Assembly (NCBI GenBank): GCA_964016885.1
Contig: OZ024750.1
Location: 52,576,001 to 52,640,000, forward strand
Length of the DNA: 64,000 nucleotides
Direction of reading: 5' to 3'
From: Eledone cirrhosa
Taxonomy: Eukaryota
Part shown: in pieces, positions 1-13,573 of the stretch
Numbering within the stretch: position 1 is the first letter of the stretch
Layout of the letters: each line of letters opens with the position of its first letter
Translations under genes and position numbers: made by a program
Notes under the pieces: generated by a model
Databases searched by the model: none
What the model saw: the letters and a program-made list of their open reading frames with translations, nothing else
What the model was told of the DNA's origin: nothing

Positions 1-268
1 TGTGTGTATATTTGTTCTTGCGTCTGTTTCGGTTGTTTGCGTTTGGGGGATTCTGGTGATGGTGATGGTGGTGTTGATGTTGGTGTTATTGGAGAGATGT
101 TTGCGTGGGTGGTGTCTGCGTTTTTTATTGTGGGTGATTTTGAGCTTTGTTGAGTTTTTTTTTTCTTTTTGTGTTTCCTTTTTTGTATTTTGGGGGATTT
201 TGGATTTCCCTCATCTTCACTACTGGTAGATGAGGGGTCTGTGTCTGTAAGTGTGTCTGTATGTATGT

Positions 269-1312
269 TTAAGGTTTTATTGGTGTGTGTATTTTTTTTT
301 GGGGGGGGGGGATTTGACAGCTTTCCTCGTTTCCCCCCTGGGTGGTCAATGCTGGTGGTGATCTTTCTATTGGTGGTGTTGTTGGTGGTTTTGCCGGTGC
401 AGGTGTTGGTTGTGGTCCTCGCCCCAGCGTCGGCAGCAGTGGAGCCTTTCGACCCCTTGCCTCTTTCAGCAGTTGAGGGCAGAAGGCTCGCAAATAGGGT
501 TTTTCCCCACAAACAAAACACTGCGACCTTTTGCCTTCGGTCATAATATGAATGACAGTCCCATTCTGAAGTCGGATGTGGTCTGGGATTGTCTTCACAT
601 TCTCGGGCCTGATCTGGAGAAGGATCTCCAGGTCAACCCCGGACCAGTCCTCTCTGGCCGTTCTGGTCACTTCTATAGGGACTGTATCCGTCCCCTCCAC
701 AATCACACATCCCAGAAGCCACCACATGTCAAGTCCTGGTGGGATTCTGGGAATGCGGAGACGGGCCGTTCTTTTTCCCATGTGGGAGGGGTACATTATG
801 ACCTTGCTGGTTTTGCAAGGAGTCATGGCGTGTTTCATCGCGAGGGCTTCTGACTTGAACAACACCGAAATGGTGCCGTACTGTCTGCCCCTCTCTATGT
901 ACTGGGTGTCTTCTCTGATGCACCTCAGCGCGACTTCGACATATTCTTGTGGGATTAACGCTGCCCTTTTGGTTTGTGCTGAGATGCATCTATAATGCAC
1001 CGTTCTGCACCCCACTGCCTCAATAGCTTCTACCGGTACAGTTAAGTTGGCCCAAGTTTGCTCTTGCTTGATGAGCTTCCATGCCTGGGCCAACTTTTCA
1101 TCTTTGTTTGAGAGGTCCATGTTGAAGCATGGCCTCTTTTTTGCTGCTGCCGCAGCGAAAGTGGTCTTGTTTTCGTTGGGGGTGTTGTTGACGTTGTTCT
1201 TGTTGGTGTTGCTGTTAGCACAGTCGCTGTTATCATTGTTGTCTTTGTTGCCACCGTTGTTCTCGGTGCAGTTGGTATCGTTGCTGTTGGTGTTGTCGCT
1301 ATTTGTTTTCAT
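269..1312 (-). mobile_element. Non-LTR retrotransposon ORF1 (gag-like, L1/Tx1-type), 5' part of an element running off the window start
   Basis: 347-aa ORF with an Asn-rich N-terminus, a 'TFAAAAAKK' motif, a degenerate zinc knuckle CFVCGEKPYLRAFC (CX2CX4[H>Y]X4C) and a Pro-rich tail. A 5' UTR-like region extends to about 1560. Confidence 0.65.
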
Positions 1313-1904
1313 GTTAGTGGTGTTGATATTGTTGTTGTATTTGTTTTTGTTTTTTTGTTATCTGTATTTATCTGTATTTTTGTTATCTGTTACTGTCATT
1401 ATTTTTCAAATTAGAGTTCTTATTGGTATCATTGGTGTCTTTGTTTACCTTGTTTGTGGTGGTGTTTGTGTTATCAATGTGTGTTAATTTCGCTGCAGCG
1501 ATCCTTTCAACTTCTACGTCGTTGTCGCACGACAGCCGACATATCGCTGGGGGAGTGGCTCAGCCATGTTTTGTTTTCTTCGTAAATTTTTTAACATGTA
1601 AAAAAAAGTTCAAATATTTGGCCCAAATATTATACTTTCCCCTTCACGGGGCAAAGTCTAAGGGCTTATTTCCCTTACACAACAAGAAATATTTAACAAC
1701 AAATAATTTAAACAGGCAAATAAAGCGACTTACTGTGAGCGAGCAAAATACGTCCGCTTAGACCAATAATAATAATAATAATAATAATTGTTTCTACTTT
1801 AGACACAAGGCCAGCAAATACCCAGTGCATTACTGGTACTTTATTTTATAATAATAATAATAATAATAATAACACTATTAATAATTACTAATTAATTCTA
1901 TCGT

Positions 1905-2185
1905 GCAATGCCTGTGCGAGAAGAATATTTTTAAAGTTAGGAAAGACTGTGCACTGAGCCAATCCCACTCTCTGAGCGACAGTAGCTATAACCCGAAAAG
2001 AAGAAAAGATCAACATCATCGGTAACTACTGAGCCGCAGGTTTTATATCGGAGTTATCCCAGTTTCCTGAGTTGCCTTCTCCTAGAAGAATGCCCTGACA
2101 AGGGTAGGGGTCCTTCCCTCCCAGTGGTTTAACCGCACGATCGGGTTTCCAGCCTGATTATTTCTATGTCCCTGCGCATGAAATA
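1905..2185 (-). mobile_element. RTE 5'-UTR-derived non-autonomous fragment
   Basis: The minus strand carries TTCTAGGAGAAGGCAACTC...GATATAAAACCTGC and aligns by eye over about 250 bp with 17670-17880. Confidence 0.55.
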
Positions 2186-2280
2186 AAAATCACTTCTTGA
2201 CACTCATACATACGACACACACATACAGACACACTTACCAACACTCATGCATACAAACAAACATACACACATATATATAG

Positions 2281-2726
2281 TAGACCTGAAAAATGCGCAA
2301 GCTCAAAAGAGCCACAGAATGTTATAATAAACCTTCAAAAGTGTGGGACTAGAGTTGTTGCTCAAAAATATTGTAACCATTATCTATCGTACACTCTGTG
2401 GCATCCTTTTATAAAAAAGAGACTCACAACGAACTCAAGACAACACAATAATTATTTAAGCTAATGTTCAATATCTCATATTAGATGTTTAGTAATGATT
2501 AATACGAAAGGACTTAAACTGAATTCTATATTATAAATTCACTTAAATAATTATTGTATCGTCTTGAGTTCGTTATGAGTCTCTTTTTTTTTTATAAAAG
2601 GATGCCACAGAGTGTACAATAGATAATGATTACAATATTTTTGAGCAAAACACTCTAGTCCCACACTTTTGAAGGTTTATTATAACATTCTGTGGCTCTT
2701 TTGAGCTTGCGCATTTTTCAGGTCTA
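2281..2726. repeat. Long inverted repeat (arms 2281-2460 and 2542-2726, ~80-bp spacer)
   Basis: tagacctgaaaaatgcgcaagctcaaaagagcc... is the reverse complement of ...ggctcttttgagcttgcgcatttttcaggtcta, with few mismatches. Confidence 0.9.
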
Positions 2727-3594
2727 GTTTAATATTTTTTTAAGGCAACGCTTGTAACAACTCTAGTTAAACATGATATATATTAATAATAAATCATCGT
2801 TGTAATGTAATTAGATTATATAATTGTTATTTTATAAATGATCTTATAAATATTATTGTACGATATTTTCAGACTTTTAATATAAACAACTACAAAAAAC
2901 AATCAATATTAAATAAATATATTTTATATAATAATTGTTATATTTGAATTAATAAAAAATAAATATTACATACAAAGAGTCTAACATAAAAATAAAAAAA
3001 ATAATCTAACATAATAATACTAAAATAATCTAACATAAAACGAACAATAATATGGACAAATATACAAGTAAATATGATACAACCTATATCATAAGCATGT
3101 TATAACGAACTGAAAAAAAAAATAGTTAATATAAATTTTAAAAATCATATATAAATTAACAATATAACTTACCAAAACGAGAAAAATAGTTTGATGATAA
3201 ACGACGAAATACAGGAGGAAGATTCGAAAGCGAAACGATAAATAAACGTGCAAACAAAGAAGCGGGTGCTTTTGAGCAATAATTACTCTCATTGGTTGAT
3301 TAGCCAATAAGACGATACATTACAAAAGATGTTTGGCAGGGATCACCACGGCCAGCGAAACCCCTTGAATTTTTTATTCACAAGCTACGCATATATGTCA
3401 GAACACGCAGACTTAAAACATTATGTTGTTAGTCACTGCGTATCTAACATATATATATATTACCGTCATTACTGCTACACGATTATGTCAACTGCTGACT
3501 TTCGAAAGAGTTTGTATAATTGAAGCTGATGTGTGTTACTGTTGCTGGGCTTGTGCCAAAGTAGAAACAATTATTATAGTTGCTTTACAACATA

Positions 3595-3727
3595 GAGCTA
3601 TGGCCCTTTACGTTCCGAGCTCAAATCCCGCCGAGGTCAACCCTGCCCTTCATCCCCACGGGGTCGATAAAATAAAGTACCAGTAATGCACTGGAGTAAT
3701 TGCTGGCTTTGTGCCAAAAGTAGAAAT
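3595..3727 (+). mobile_element. tRNA-derived SINE (5'-truncated copy)
   Basis: B-box-like gagctcaaatcccgccgagg, central gcccttcatccccacggggtcgataaaataaagtaccag, and tail gtgccaaaagtagaaa followed by (tta)n. Confidence 0.8.
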
Positions 3728-3774
3728 AATTATTATTATAGTTGTTGTTTTATTAAGGCCCGATCGCTAACCGA

Positions 3775-4409
3775 GTGGTGATGGTGGTGATGGTGGTGGT
3801 GGTGGTGGTGGTGGTGATGGTGGTGGTGGTGATGGTGGTGGTGATGGTGGTGGTGATGGTGGTGGTGATGGTGGTGGTGATGGTGGTGGTGATGGTGGTG
3901 GTGGTGATGGTGATGGTGGTGGTGGTGGTGGTGGTAGTGGTGGTGATGGTGGTGGTGGTGGTGATGGTGGTGGTGGTGGTGATGGTGGTGGTGGTGATGG
4001 TGGTGGTGGTGGTGGTGGTGATGATGGTGATGGTGATGGTGATGGTGGTGGTGATGGTGGTGGTGATGGTGGTGGTGATGGTGGTGGTGGTGGTGATGGT
4101 GGTGGTGGTGGTGATGGTGGTGATGGTGGTGATGGTGGTGGTGGTAGTGATGGTGATGGTGGTGGTGGTGGTGGTGGTGGTGGTGGTGGTGATGGTGGTG
4201 GTGGTGGTGATGGTGGTGGTGATGGTGGTGGTGGTGGTGATGGTGGCGGCGGTGATGGTGGTGGTGGTGGTGGTGGTGATGGTGGTGATGGTGGTGATGG
4301 TGGTGGTGGTAGTGGTGGTGATGGTGGTGGTGGTGGTGGTGGTGATGGTGGTAGTGGTGGTGATGGTGGTGGTGGTGGTGATGGTGGTGGTGGTGGTGAT
4401 GGTGGCGAT
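3775..4409. repeat. (GGT)n/(GAT) microsatellite
   Basis: Directly visible trinucleotide array. Confidence 0.95.
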
Positions 4410-4485
4410 GTGGGTGTTGTTTGGCTTTTTTTTTTTTTTACTTTTGATGCCGCAGTTGTAGTAGATGTTGGTGTGGTTGTTGTTT

Positions 4486-7400
4486 CAACACCAACATCTA
4501 CAACAACAACAACACCAACACCAACATCTACAACAACAACACCAACATCAACATCTACAACAACAACAACAACACCAACATCTACAACAACAAAAACAAC
4601 ACCAACACCAACATCTACAACAACACCAACATCTACAACAACAACAACACCAACACTAACATCTACAACAACAACACCAACATCTACAACAACAACAACA
4701 ACAACATCTACAACAACAACAACAACACCAACACCAACATCTACAACAACAACAACAACACCAACATCTACAACAACAACAACAACACCAACACCAACAT
4801 CTACAACAACAACAGCAACACCAACATCTACAACAACAACAACAACACCAACACCAACATCTACAACAACAACAACACCAACACCAACATCTACAACAAC
4901 AACACCAACATCAACATCTACAACAACAACAACAACACCAACATCTACAACAACAACAACACCAACACCAACATCTACAACAACAACAACAACACCAACA
5001 TCTACAACAACAACAACAACACCAACACCAACATCTACAACAACAACAACAACACCAACATCAACATCTACAACAACAACAACACCAGCATCTACAACAA
5101 CAACAACAACACCAACATCTACAACAACAACAACAACACCAACATCAACATCTACAACAACAACAACACCAACATCTACAACAACAACAACAACACCAAC
5201 ATCTACAACAACAACAACAACACCAACACCAACATCTACAACAACAACAACAACACCAACACCAACATCTACAACAACAACAACAACAACAACATCTACA
5301 ACAACAACAACAACACCAACACCAACACCAACATCTACAACAACAACACCAACATCAACATCTACAACAACAACAACAACAACATCTACAACAACAACAC
5401 CAACATCAACATCTACAACAACAACAACACCAACATCTACAACAACAACAACAACACCAACATCAACATCTACAACAACAACAACACCAACATCAACATC
5501 TACAACAACAACAACACCAACATCTACAACAACAACAACAACACCAACATCTACAACAACAACAACAACAACACCAACACCAACATCTACAACAACAACA
5601 ACAACACCAACATCTACAACAACAACAACAACAACAACAACACCAACATCTACAACAACAACAACAACACCAACATCTACAACAACAACAACACCAAGAC
5701 CAACATCTACAACAACAACAACACCAACACCAACATCTACAACAACAACACCAACACCAACATCTACAACAACAACAACACCAACATCAACATCTACAAC
5801 AACAACAACAACAACACCAACATCTACAACAACAACAACACCAACCCCAACATCTACAACAACAACAACACCAACACCAACATCTACAACAACAACACCA
5901 ACACCAACATCTACAACAACAACACCAACACCAACATCTACAACAACAACAACACCAACACCAACATCTACAACAACAACACCAACACCAACATCTACAA
6001 CAACAACAACAACAACACCAACATCTACAACAACAACAACAACAACACCAACATCTACAACAACAACAACACCAACATCTACAACAACAACACCAACACC
6101 AACATCTACAACAACAACACCAACACCAACATCTACAACAACAACAACACCAACACCAACATCTACAACAACAACACCAACACCAACATCTACAACAACA
6201 ACAACAACAACACCAACATCTACAACAACAACAACACCAACCCCAACATCTACAACAACAACATCTACAACAACAACCCCAACATCAACATCTACAACAA
6301 CAACAACACCAACATCTACAACAACAACAACAACACCAACATCTACAACAACAACACCAACACCAACATCTACAACAACAACAACACCAACACCAACATC
6401 TACAACAACAACACCAACACCAACATCTACAACAACAACAACACCAACACCAACATCTACAACAACAACACCAACACCAACATCTACAACAACAACAACA
6501 ACAACACCAACATCTACAACAACAACACCAACACCAACATCTACAACAACAACAACACCAACACCAACATCTACAACAACAACACCAACACCAACATCTA
6601 CAACAACAACAACACCAACACCAACATCTACAACAACAACACCAACACCAACATCTACAACAACAACAACACCAACACCAACATCTACAACAACAACACC
6701 AACACCAACATCTACAACAACAACAACAACAACACCAACATCTACAACAACAACAACAACAACACCAACATCTACAACAACAACAACACCAACACCAACA
6801 TCTACAACAACAACACCAACACCAACATCTACAACAACAACAACAACAACACCAACATCTACAACAACAACAACAACAACACCAACATCTACAACAACAA
6901 CAACACCAACACCAACATCTACAACAACAACACCAACACCAACATCTACAACAACAACACCAACACCAACATCTACAACAACAACAACACCAACACCAAC
7001 ATCTACAACAACAACACCAACACCAACATCTACAACAACAACAACAACAACACCAACATCTACAACAACAACAACACCAACCCCAACATCTACAACAACA
7101 ACACCAACACCAACATCTACAACAACAACAACAACAACACCAACATCTACAACAACAACACCAACACCAACATCTACAACAACAACAACACCAACACCAA
7201 CATCTACAACAACAACACCAACACCAACATCTACAACAACAACAACAACAACACCAACATCTACAACAACAACACCAACACCAACATCTACAACAACAAC
7301 AACACCAACACCAACATCTACAACAACAACACCAACACCAACATCTACAACAACAACAACACCAACACCAACATCTACAACAACAACACCAACACCAACA

Positions 7401-9445
7401 TCTACAACAACAACAACACCAACCCCAACATCTACAACAACAACACCAACACCAACATCTACAACAACAACAACAACAACACCAACATCTACAACAACAA
7501 CACCAACACCAACATCTACAACAACAACAACACCAACACCAACATCTACAACAACAACACCAACACCAACATCTACAACAACAACAACAACAACACCAAC
7601 ATCTACAACAACAACACCAACACCAACATCTACAACAACAACAACACCAACACCAACATCTACAACAACAACACCAACACCAACATCTACAACAACAACA
7701 ACAACAACACCAACATCTACAACAACAACACCAACACCAACATCTACAACAACAACAACACCAACACCAACATCTACAACAACAACACCAACACCAACAT
7801 CTACAACAACAACAACACCAACACCAACATCTACAACAACAACAACACCAACACCAACATCTACAACAACAACACCAACACCAACATCTACAACAACAAC
7901 AACAACACCAACATCTACAACAACAACACCAACACCAACATCTACAACAACAACAACACCAACACCAACATCTACAACAACAACACCAACACCAACATCT
8001 ACAACAACAACAACACCAACACCAACATCTACAACAACAACACCAACACCAACATCTACAACAACAACAACAACAACACCAACATCTACAACAACAACAC
8101 CAACACCAACATCTACAACAACAACAACACCAACACCAACATCTACAACAACAACACCAACACCAACATCTACAACAACAACAACACCAACACCAACATC
8201 TACAACAACAACACCAACACCAACATCTACAACAACAACAACACCAACACCAACATCTACAACAACAACAACAACAACACCAACATCTACAACAACAACA
8301 CCAACACCAACATCTACAACAACAACAACACCAACACCAACATCTACAACAACAACAACACCAACACCAACATCTACAACAACAACACCAACACCAACAT
8401 CTACAACAACAACAACACCAACACCAACATCTACAACAACAACACCAACACCAACATCTACAACAACAACAACAACAACACCAACATCTACAACAACAAC
8501 AACAACAACACCAACATCTACAACAACAACAACACCAACACCAACATCTACAACAACAACACCAACACCAACATCTACAACAACAACAACAACAACACCA
8601 ACATCTACAACAACAACAACAACAACACCAACATCTACAACAACAACAACACCAACACCAACATCTACAACAACAACAACACCAACACCAACATCTACAA
8701 CAACAACACCAACACCAACATCTACAACAACAACAACAACAACACCAACATCTACAACAACAACAACACCAACCCCAACATCTACAACAACAACATCTAC
8801 AACAACAACCCCAACATCAACATCTACAACAACAACAACACCAACATCTACAACAACAACAACAACACCAACATCTACAACAACAACAACACCAACCCCA
8901 ACATCTACAACAACAACATCTACAACAACAACCCCAACATCAACATCTACAACAACAACAACACCAACATCTACAACAACAACAACAACACCAACATCTA
9001 CAACAACAACAACAACAACAACATCTACAACAACAACCCCAACATCAACATCTACAACAACAACAACACCAACATCTACAACAACAACAACAACACCAAC
9101 ATCTACAACAACAACAACAACAACACCAACACCAACATCTACAACAACAACAACAACACCAACATCTACAACAACAACAACAACAACACCAACACCAACA
9201 TCTACAACAACAACACCAACACCAACATCTACAACAACAACAACACCAACCCCAACATCTACAACAACAACACCAACACCAACATCTACAACAACAACAA
9301 CACCAACCCCAACATCTACAACAACAACATCTACAACAACAACCCCAACATCAACATCTACAACAACAACAACACCAACATCTACAACAACAACACCAAC
9401 ATCAACATCTACAACAACAACACCAACATCAACATCTACAACAAC
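4486..9445. repeat. ~5-kb trinucleotide-based minisatellite (ACA)n-CCA-ACA-TCT
   Basis: Units such as acaacaacaacaccaacaccaacatct, all multiples of 3, which gives stop-free poly-Thr/Pro/Ser and poly-Val frames. Confidence 0.95.
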
Positions 9446-10095
9446 ATACATACACACAAATACTGGCTGCATCTCCGTTTCAAAAATTGCCATTCCTTGA
9501 CATTTTTGTTATATATGGATGAGCTTTCAGGGATTAGGGACCTTGATGTCTAAGTTTCATATTATATCCCATACTTTGTGCCCCCCCCCCCTCCCGCGCA
9601 TAGTTTCTTTTGATAGCTTTTTGACATCTCAGGAAGACAAATTTGTTTTATATTCTGCTGTAGTTGACATACAGCCTCGTATATTTTTTATTATTTTTAT
9701 TTTAAAAGCCTACTATTTCAGTATTTAATATGGACAATATTCTCCACAGGCATTTCTTCTCAAAGGCATCGCGTTTTTTTCTTTTGTTGTAGCTCCCAAC
9801 ACATTAAGTGGTTGCCTGAGTCTAGCTGTATTTCGGGTTACTTATTACCCTTTTAAATATGACTCCCAATGATATATATATATATTTCGTTTCTGAATTT
9901 GTTTAGTAAGATTCTTTATTTGAAAACGTGTGTTGAAACCGATATTGTTATACTTTGGGAGGCTCATGTTGCCAATAAGAAACACACGCACCAGTTGCTT
10001 TCACTTCAATTTATTATAATAAATATATAAATTTAGGAATTTATAAATTTCCGGTTGGTTGGTTGCTTCCACAACCAGATGGTTGTTTATATATT

Positions 10096-10138
10096 GTCAA
10101 AGTTCTTTCGTCACACATTCTGTGACCTCTTCAGTGAC
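10096..10138 (-). ncRNA. Minimal type I hammerhead ribozyme in inverted pLTR
   Basis: Minus strand reads GUCA-CUGAAGA-G-GUCACA(gaaug)UGUGAC-GAAA-GAAC-UU-UGAC. Helix I GUCA/UGAC, a 6-bp helix II and the conserved core are present. Confidence 0.7.
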
Positions 10139-10810
10139 TGGGGATTCTTTTCTTTTTTTGTGCCTCTCCTTTGTTCTGTCCTACGCCATCTTGTTTTTGT
10201 GTGTGTGTTGTGTGCTTAGTTTGCGCATGTGATATTCTCTAAAGTATCTTGATTTAGTTTTATCTGTAAATCAAGATACTTTAGAGAATATCAATAGATA
10301 TCCCGACAAAATTGACGGTATAAATATGGCCGACATCTCATTAACAGATGAATTCAACAACAACAACACAAATATATACGGCAACACTACGGTCGACTCT
10401 GATGAATTATCTGTATTACAACTGCCGCCTAAGTATGCCACATTTAATAAGGTTAATATCAGAAATAGAAAAATTATTTACAAAATTACGTTGGAGCCTC
10501 AAAAACAAAAACAAAAGTAACAACATAGGTACACACACACATATACAACACACATCCCAACAACAACAGACACACAGACACAAACAACAATAACAACAAC
10601 ACACACATCAACAATAATAACATACTCAGAAACAACAACAACAACACACATCAACAACAGCACACATCAACAACAACAACAACAACACACGCACATTCAA
10701 TGCCTCTCACCACCACCACAATCTTAACAAACACACAGACACAGAAAACGGGTAATGACAGTAGCACAGAAATAAGGGAAGGTAATAGGATTTAAAGGAG
10801 AAGGGAGACT

Positions 10811-13378
10811 ATGGACAGAGAAAATAACCAAGACGAACACACAGACACACAAAATAGAGTAGATAATAACAATGAGCCAGAGGAAAGAGACAGGAGTAAT
10901 AATGAGAGACATAGAAACAACCATGAGGCTGTTGGTGGAAATAGAAATAGAAATAGAAACAACACATCTAACAATAACAATAGCACTAGTACACATAAAG
11001 CATCAGCCTGGAACTCTTCTTTTTATAATCCCTCCGATAAGTCGTTCGACCTGCGACGAGTCCACGCCACGACTTTAGCTTTTAACAAACGCACGCAATT
11101 GCCGTCGCAGGTCGATGAACAAACAGAAGCACAATTTAGTATAGCTAGATCTAAACTTAGAAATATTATAGAACAGTATAGCAAGAAGCATAATAGAATG
11201 GAGGCCCAGCAACTGGGAGAAAAATCTGCAAATGGCTTGCGTAAGCTCATGCAGCGCTCGCGTAATGGAGAGATAGCATGCTTACCAACAGACAAGTCTG
11301 GCAGAATGTCGGTTGACAGTCTGCCAAACTACATCCAGGCAATGTAACCCCACATCACTAACACAAGAGAGGTAACACCACAGGAGCATGAGGATAGAGA
11401 AAAAGCCCTCAATGCCCATATGATGATGTGAACAAATATAATGCAGCCCAACAAAAGGACTGCCAATAACTTCCAGGCCTGGAACAATGACGTGCCAGCG
11501 TTGTATGGGCTTCGAAAAGACCATAAAACGAGCAGTGACCCTGTCACAGGACAACCAACACGGCCAGTCTGTGGAGTTAACATTGCTAGTAACTAGAGAC
11601 TGTCCTACTTCCTCTCCCTGATCATACGCCCCATCATTGAAATGTCCCCAGATGTATGTGACAGCACGGAGGACCTCCTCAGCAGAATCGGAGAGAATAA
11701 CCGATCTAGGGACCTAACAAACTGCATAATAGGTAGTATGGATATTGTGTCCCTGTATCCATCTATTGACGTGGATTTTGCTGTGGAGAAATGCGTAGAA
11801 ATGATCAGTGAGAGCAATGTTGAGTTCCGTGGGATTGATACCAGTGAGCTGGGACTCCTACTTAAACTTACCTATAGTAATAATTATCTAGACACATATG
11901 ACCTTAGTAACCTGTGCCCTACAAGACCAGCAAGAGGCAGACCACCTACCATTACCCCAATGGCCAAGAAAACCCACACAGATAGATGGAACGGGTGGAC
12001 CAGAGCCATACGGACCCCCGAAAACCACGATGAACTAAAGAAAATGATTGCACATGCGGTGGGGGCCAGCATAAAATTAACCCTTAAGGAACATATGTTC
12101 AAATTTAATGGAAAAACATATGCCCAAGAGGAGGGAGCAGCCATTGGTGTTAGCATTGCAGGCGACATAGCTAACCTATTCATGGTATGGTGGGACAGTA
12201 GACTTAAACTTAAACTTAAAGAACAATTAGAAGACCCCTTAACCCTGATAATGTACTCCCGCTACGTTGATGATATAAACATTGTAGTTAAAACACCCCC
12301 ACTAGAGAACAGTCAGGAATTAGAGAAAAGCCCAATGGAAAGCATCCAGCAAATAGCTAACTCCATCCACCAGAGTGTTAGAGTTACTATAGACTACCCA
12401 AGCAAACACCCCAACCATCGATTACCTGTACTAGACACAGAGCTCTGGTTAGATACCATTAATAACAAAAAACAAATCCTCCATTCCCATTATGCCAAAC
12501 CCATGATCCACCGAAACTCAGCTGTTTCGGACCATACCAAAATCAACATACTGATTGCGGATTTGGTACGGGTGATGAGAAACGTGTCCCGCATGTGCAA
12601 CCCCGAAGAACTAGAGAGACACATACAACACTTCATCCACCGTATGCAGTTCTCTGGTTACAATCAGAGAGATAAAATCAGAGTGTATAGAGGAGCCAGA
12701 ACCAAATGGGAAAAAATGGTAAATAATGACACAAATGGGACCTGCCCCTTGTATAGGAGCAAATTTTGGAATAAAATAGAAAGAACTAGGAATAAGGCTA
12801 ATAGAATAAACTCATGGTATGATAGCAATAAATACCAGAGTGTAATGTTCATCGATACAACCCCTAGAGGTGAATTAGCTTACAAATTTAGAAGGGCCCT
12901 AGATAAACATAAACTCAATATTAAGATAGTAGAAAGACCAGGCACCTCCATAAAAACACTTATTAACAAGACATACCCTTTTCAAAGACCCCCCTGTATA
13001 GATAAGAAATGTATAATCTGTAAATTAAACCCTCATATTAACTGTAAAACTAGAAATGTAGTATATAGCATAAGATGTACTGAAGGACAATGTACAGATA
13101 AGAATATAGTGTACATAGGTGAGTCAGCTCGTAGTATAGAGGAACGGATAAATGAACACTGGCGAGACCTTCAAGATAGTAAAGAATCATCTGTACTCTA
13201 CCAACATTCTAAAATAGAACATACGGGTAAATTAGAGAACATAGAAATAAAAATAGAATCTACACACAGAAAAGACGCAATGTTTAGACAAATCACAGAA
13301 GCAATAAACATAAATGAACTCCAACCAAAATTAAATAGAAAGCATGAATGGAACAGTAACACCACAACTTACAATTAA
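10811..13378 (+). pseudogene. Penelope RT + GIY-YIG endonuclease ORF disrupted by 3 in-frame stops
   Basis: One frame runs through PTDKSG, LYGLRKDHK, RPVC, SMDIVSLYPSID, GAAIG..IANLFMVWWD, YVDD, LPVLD, CxxxxCxxC and VVYSIRC...YIGESARSIEERINEH. Stops are TAA 11345, TGA 11429 and TAG 11594. An upstream piece at 10326-10520 has the PLE motif ELSVLQLPPKYA. Confidence 0.9.
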
Positions 13379-13573
13379 GGACAAAATGAAAACACACACG
13401 CACATAGAACAAACAACCAACATGTAAATAAACAAATAAATAAACGAATATAAACACACACAGACACCCGGATGTAACACATGCGTAAACTAAGCACACA
13501 ACACACACACAAAAACAAGATGGCGTAGGACAGAACAAAGGAGAGGCACAAAAAACAAAGAAAAGAATCCCCA

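Noticed and set aside
3767-9493. 1908-aa poly-Val/Pro ORF on the minus strand
   Set aside because: It is the antisense reading of trinucleotide arrays and is stop-free only because of repeat composition.
11429-11431. In-frame TGA as selenocysteine in the Penelope ORF
   Set aside because: The context (HMMM*TNI) fits a mutated Trp codon, TAA and TAG stops are also present, and no SECIS-like stem is visible downstream.
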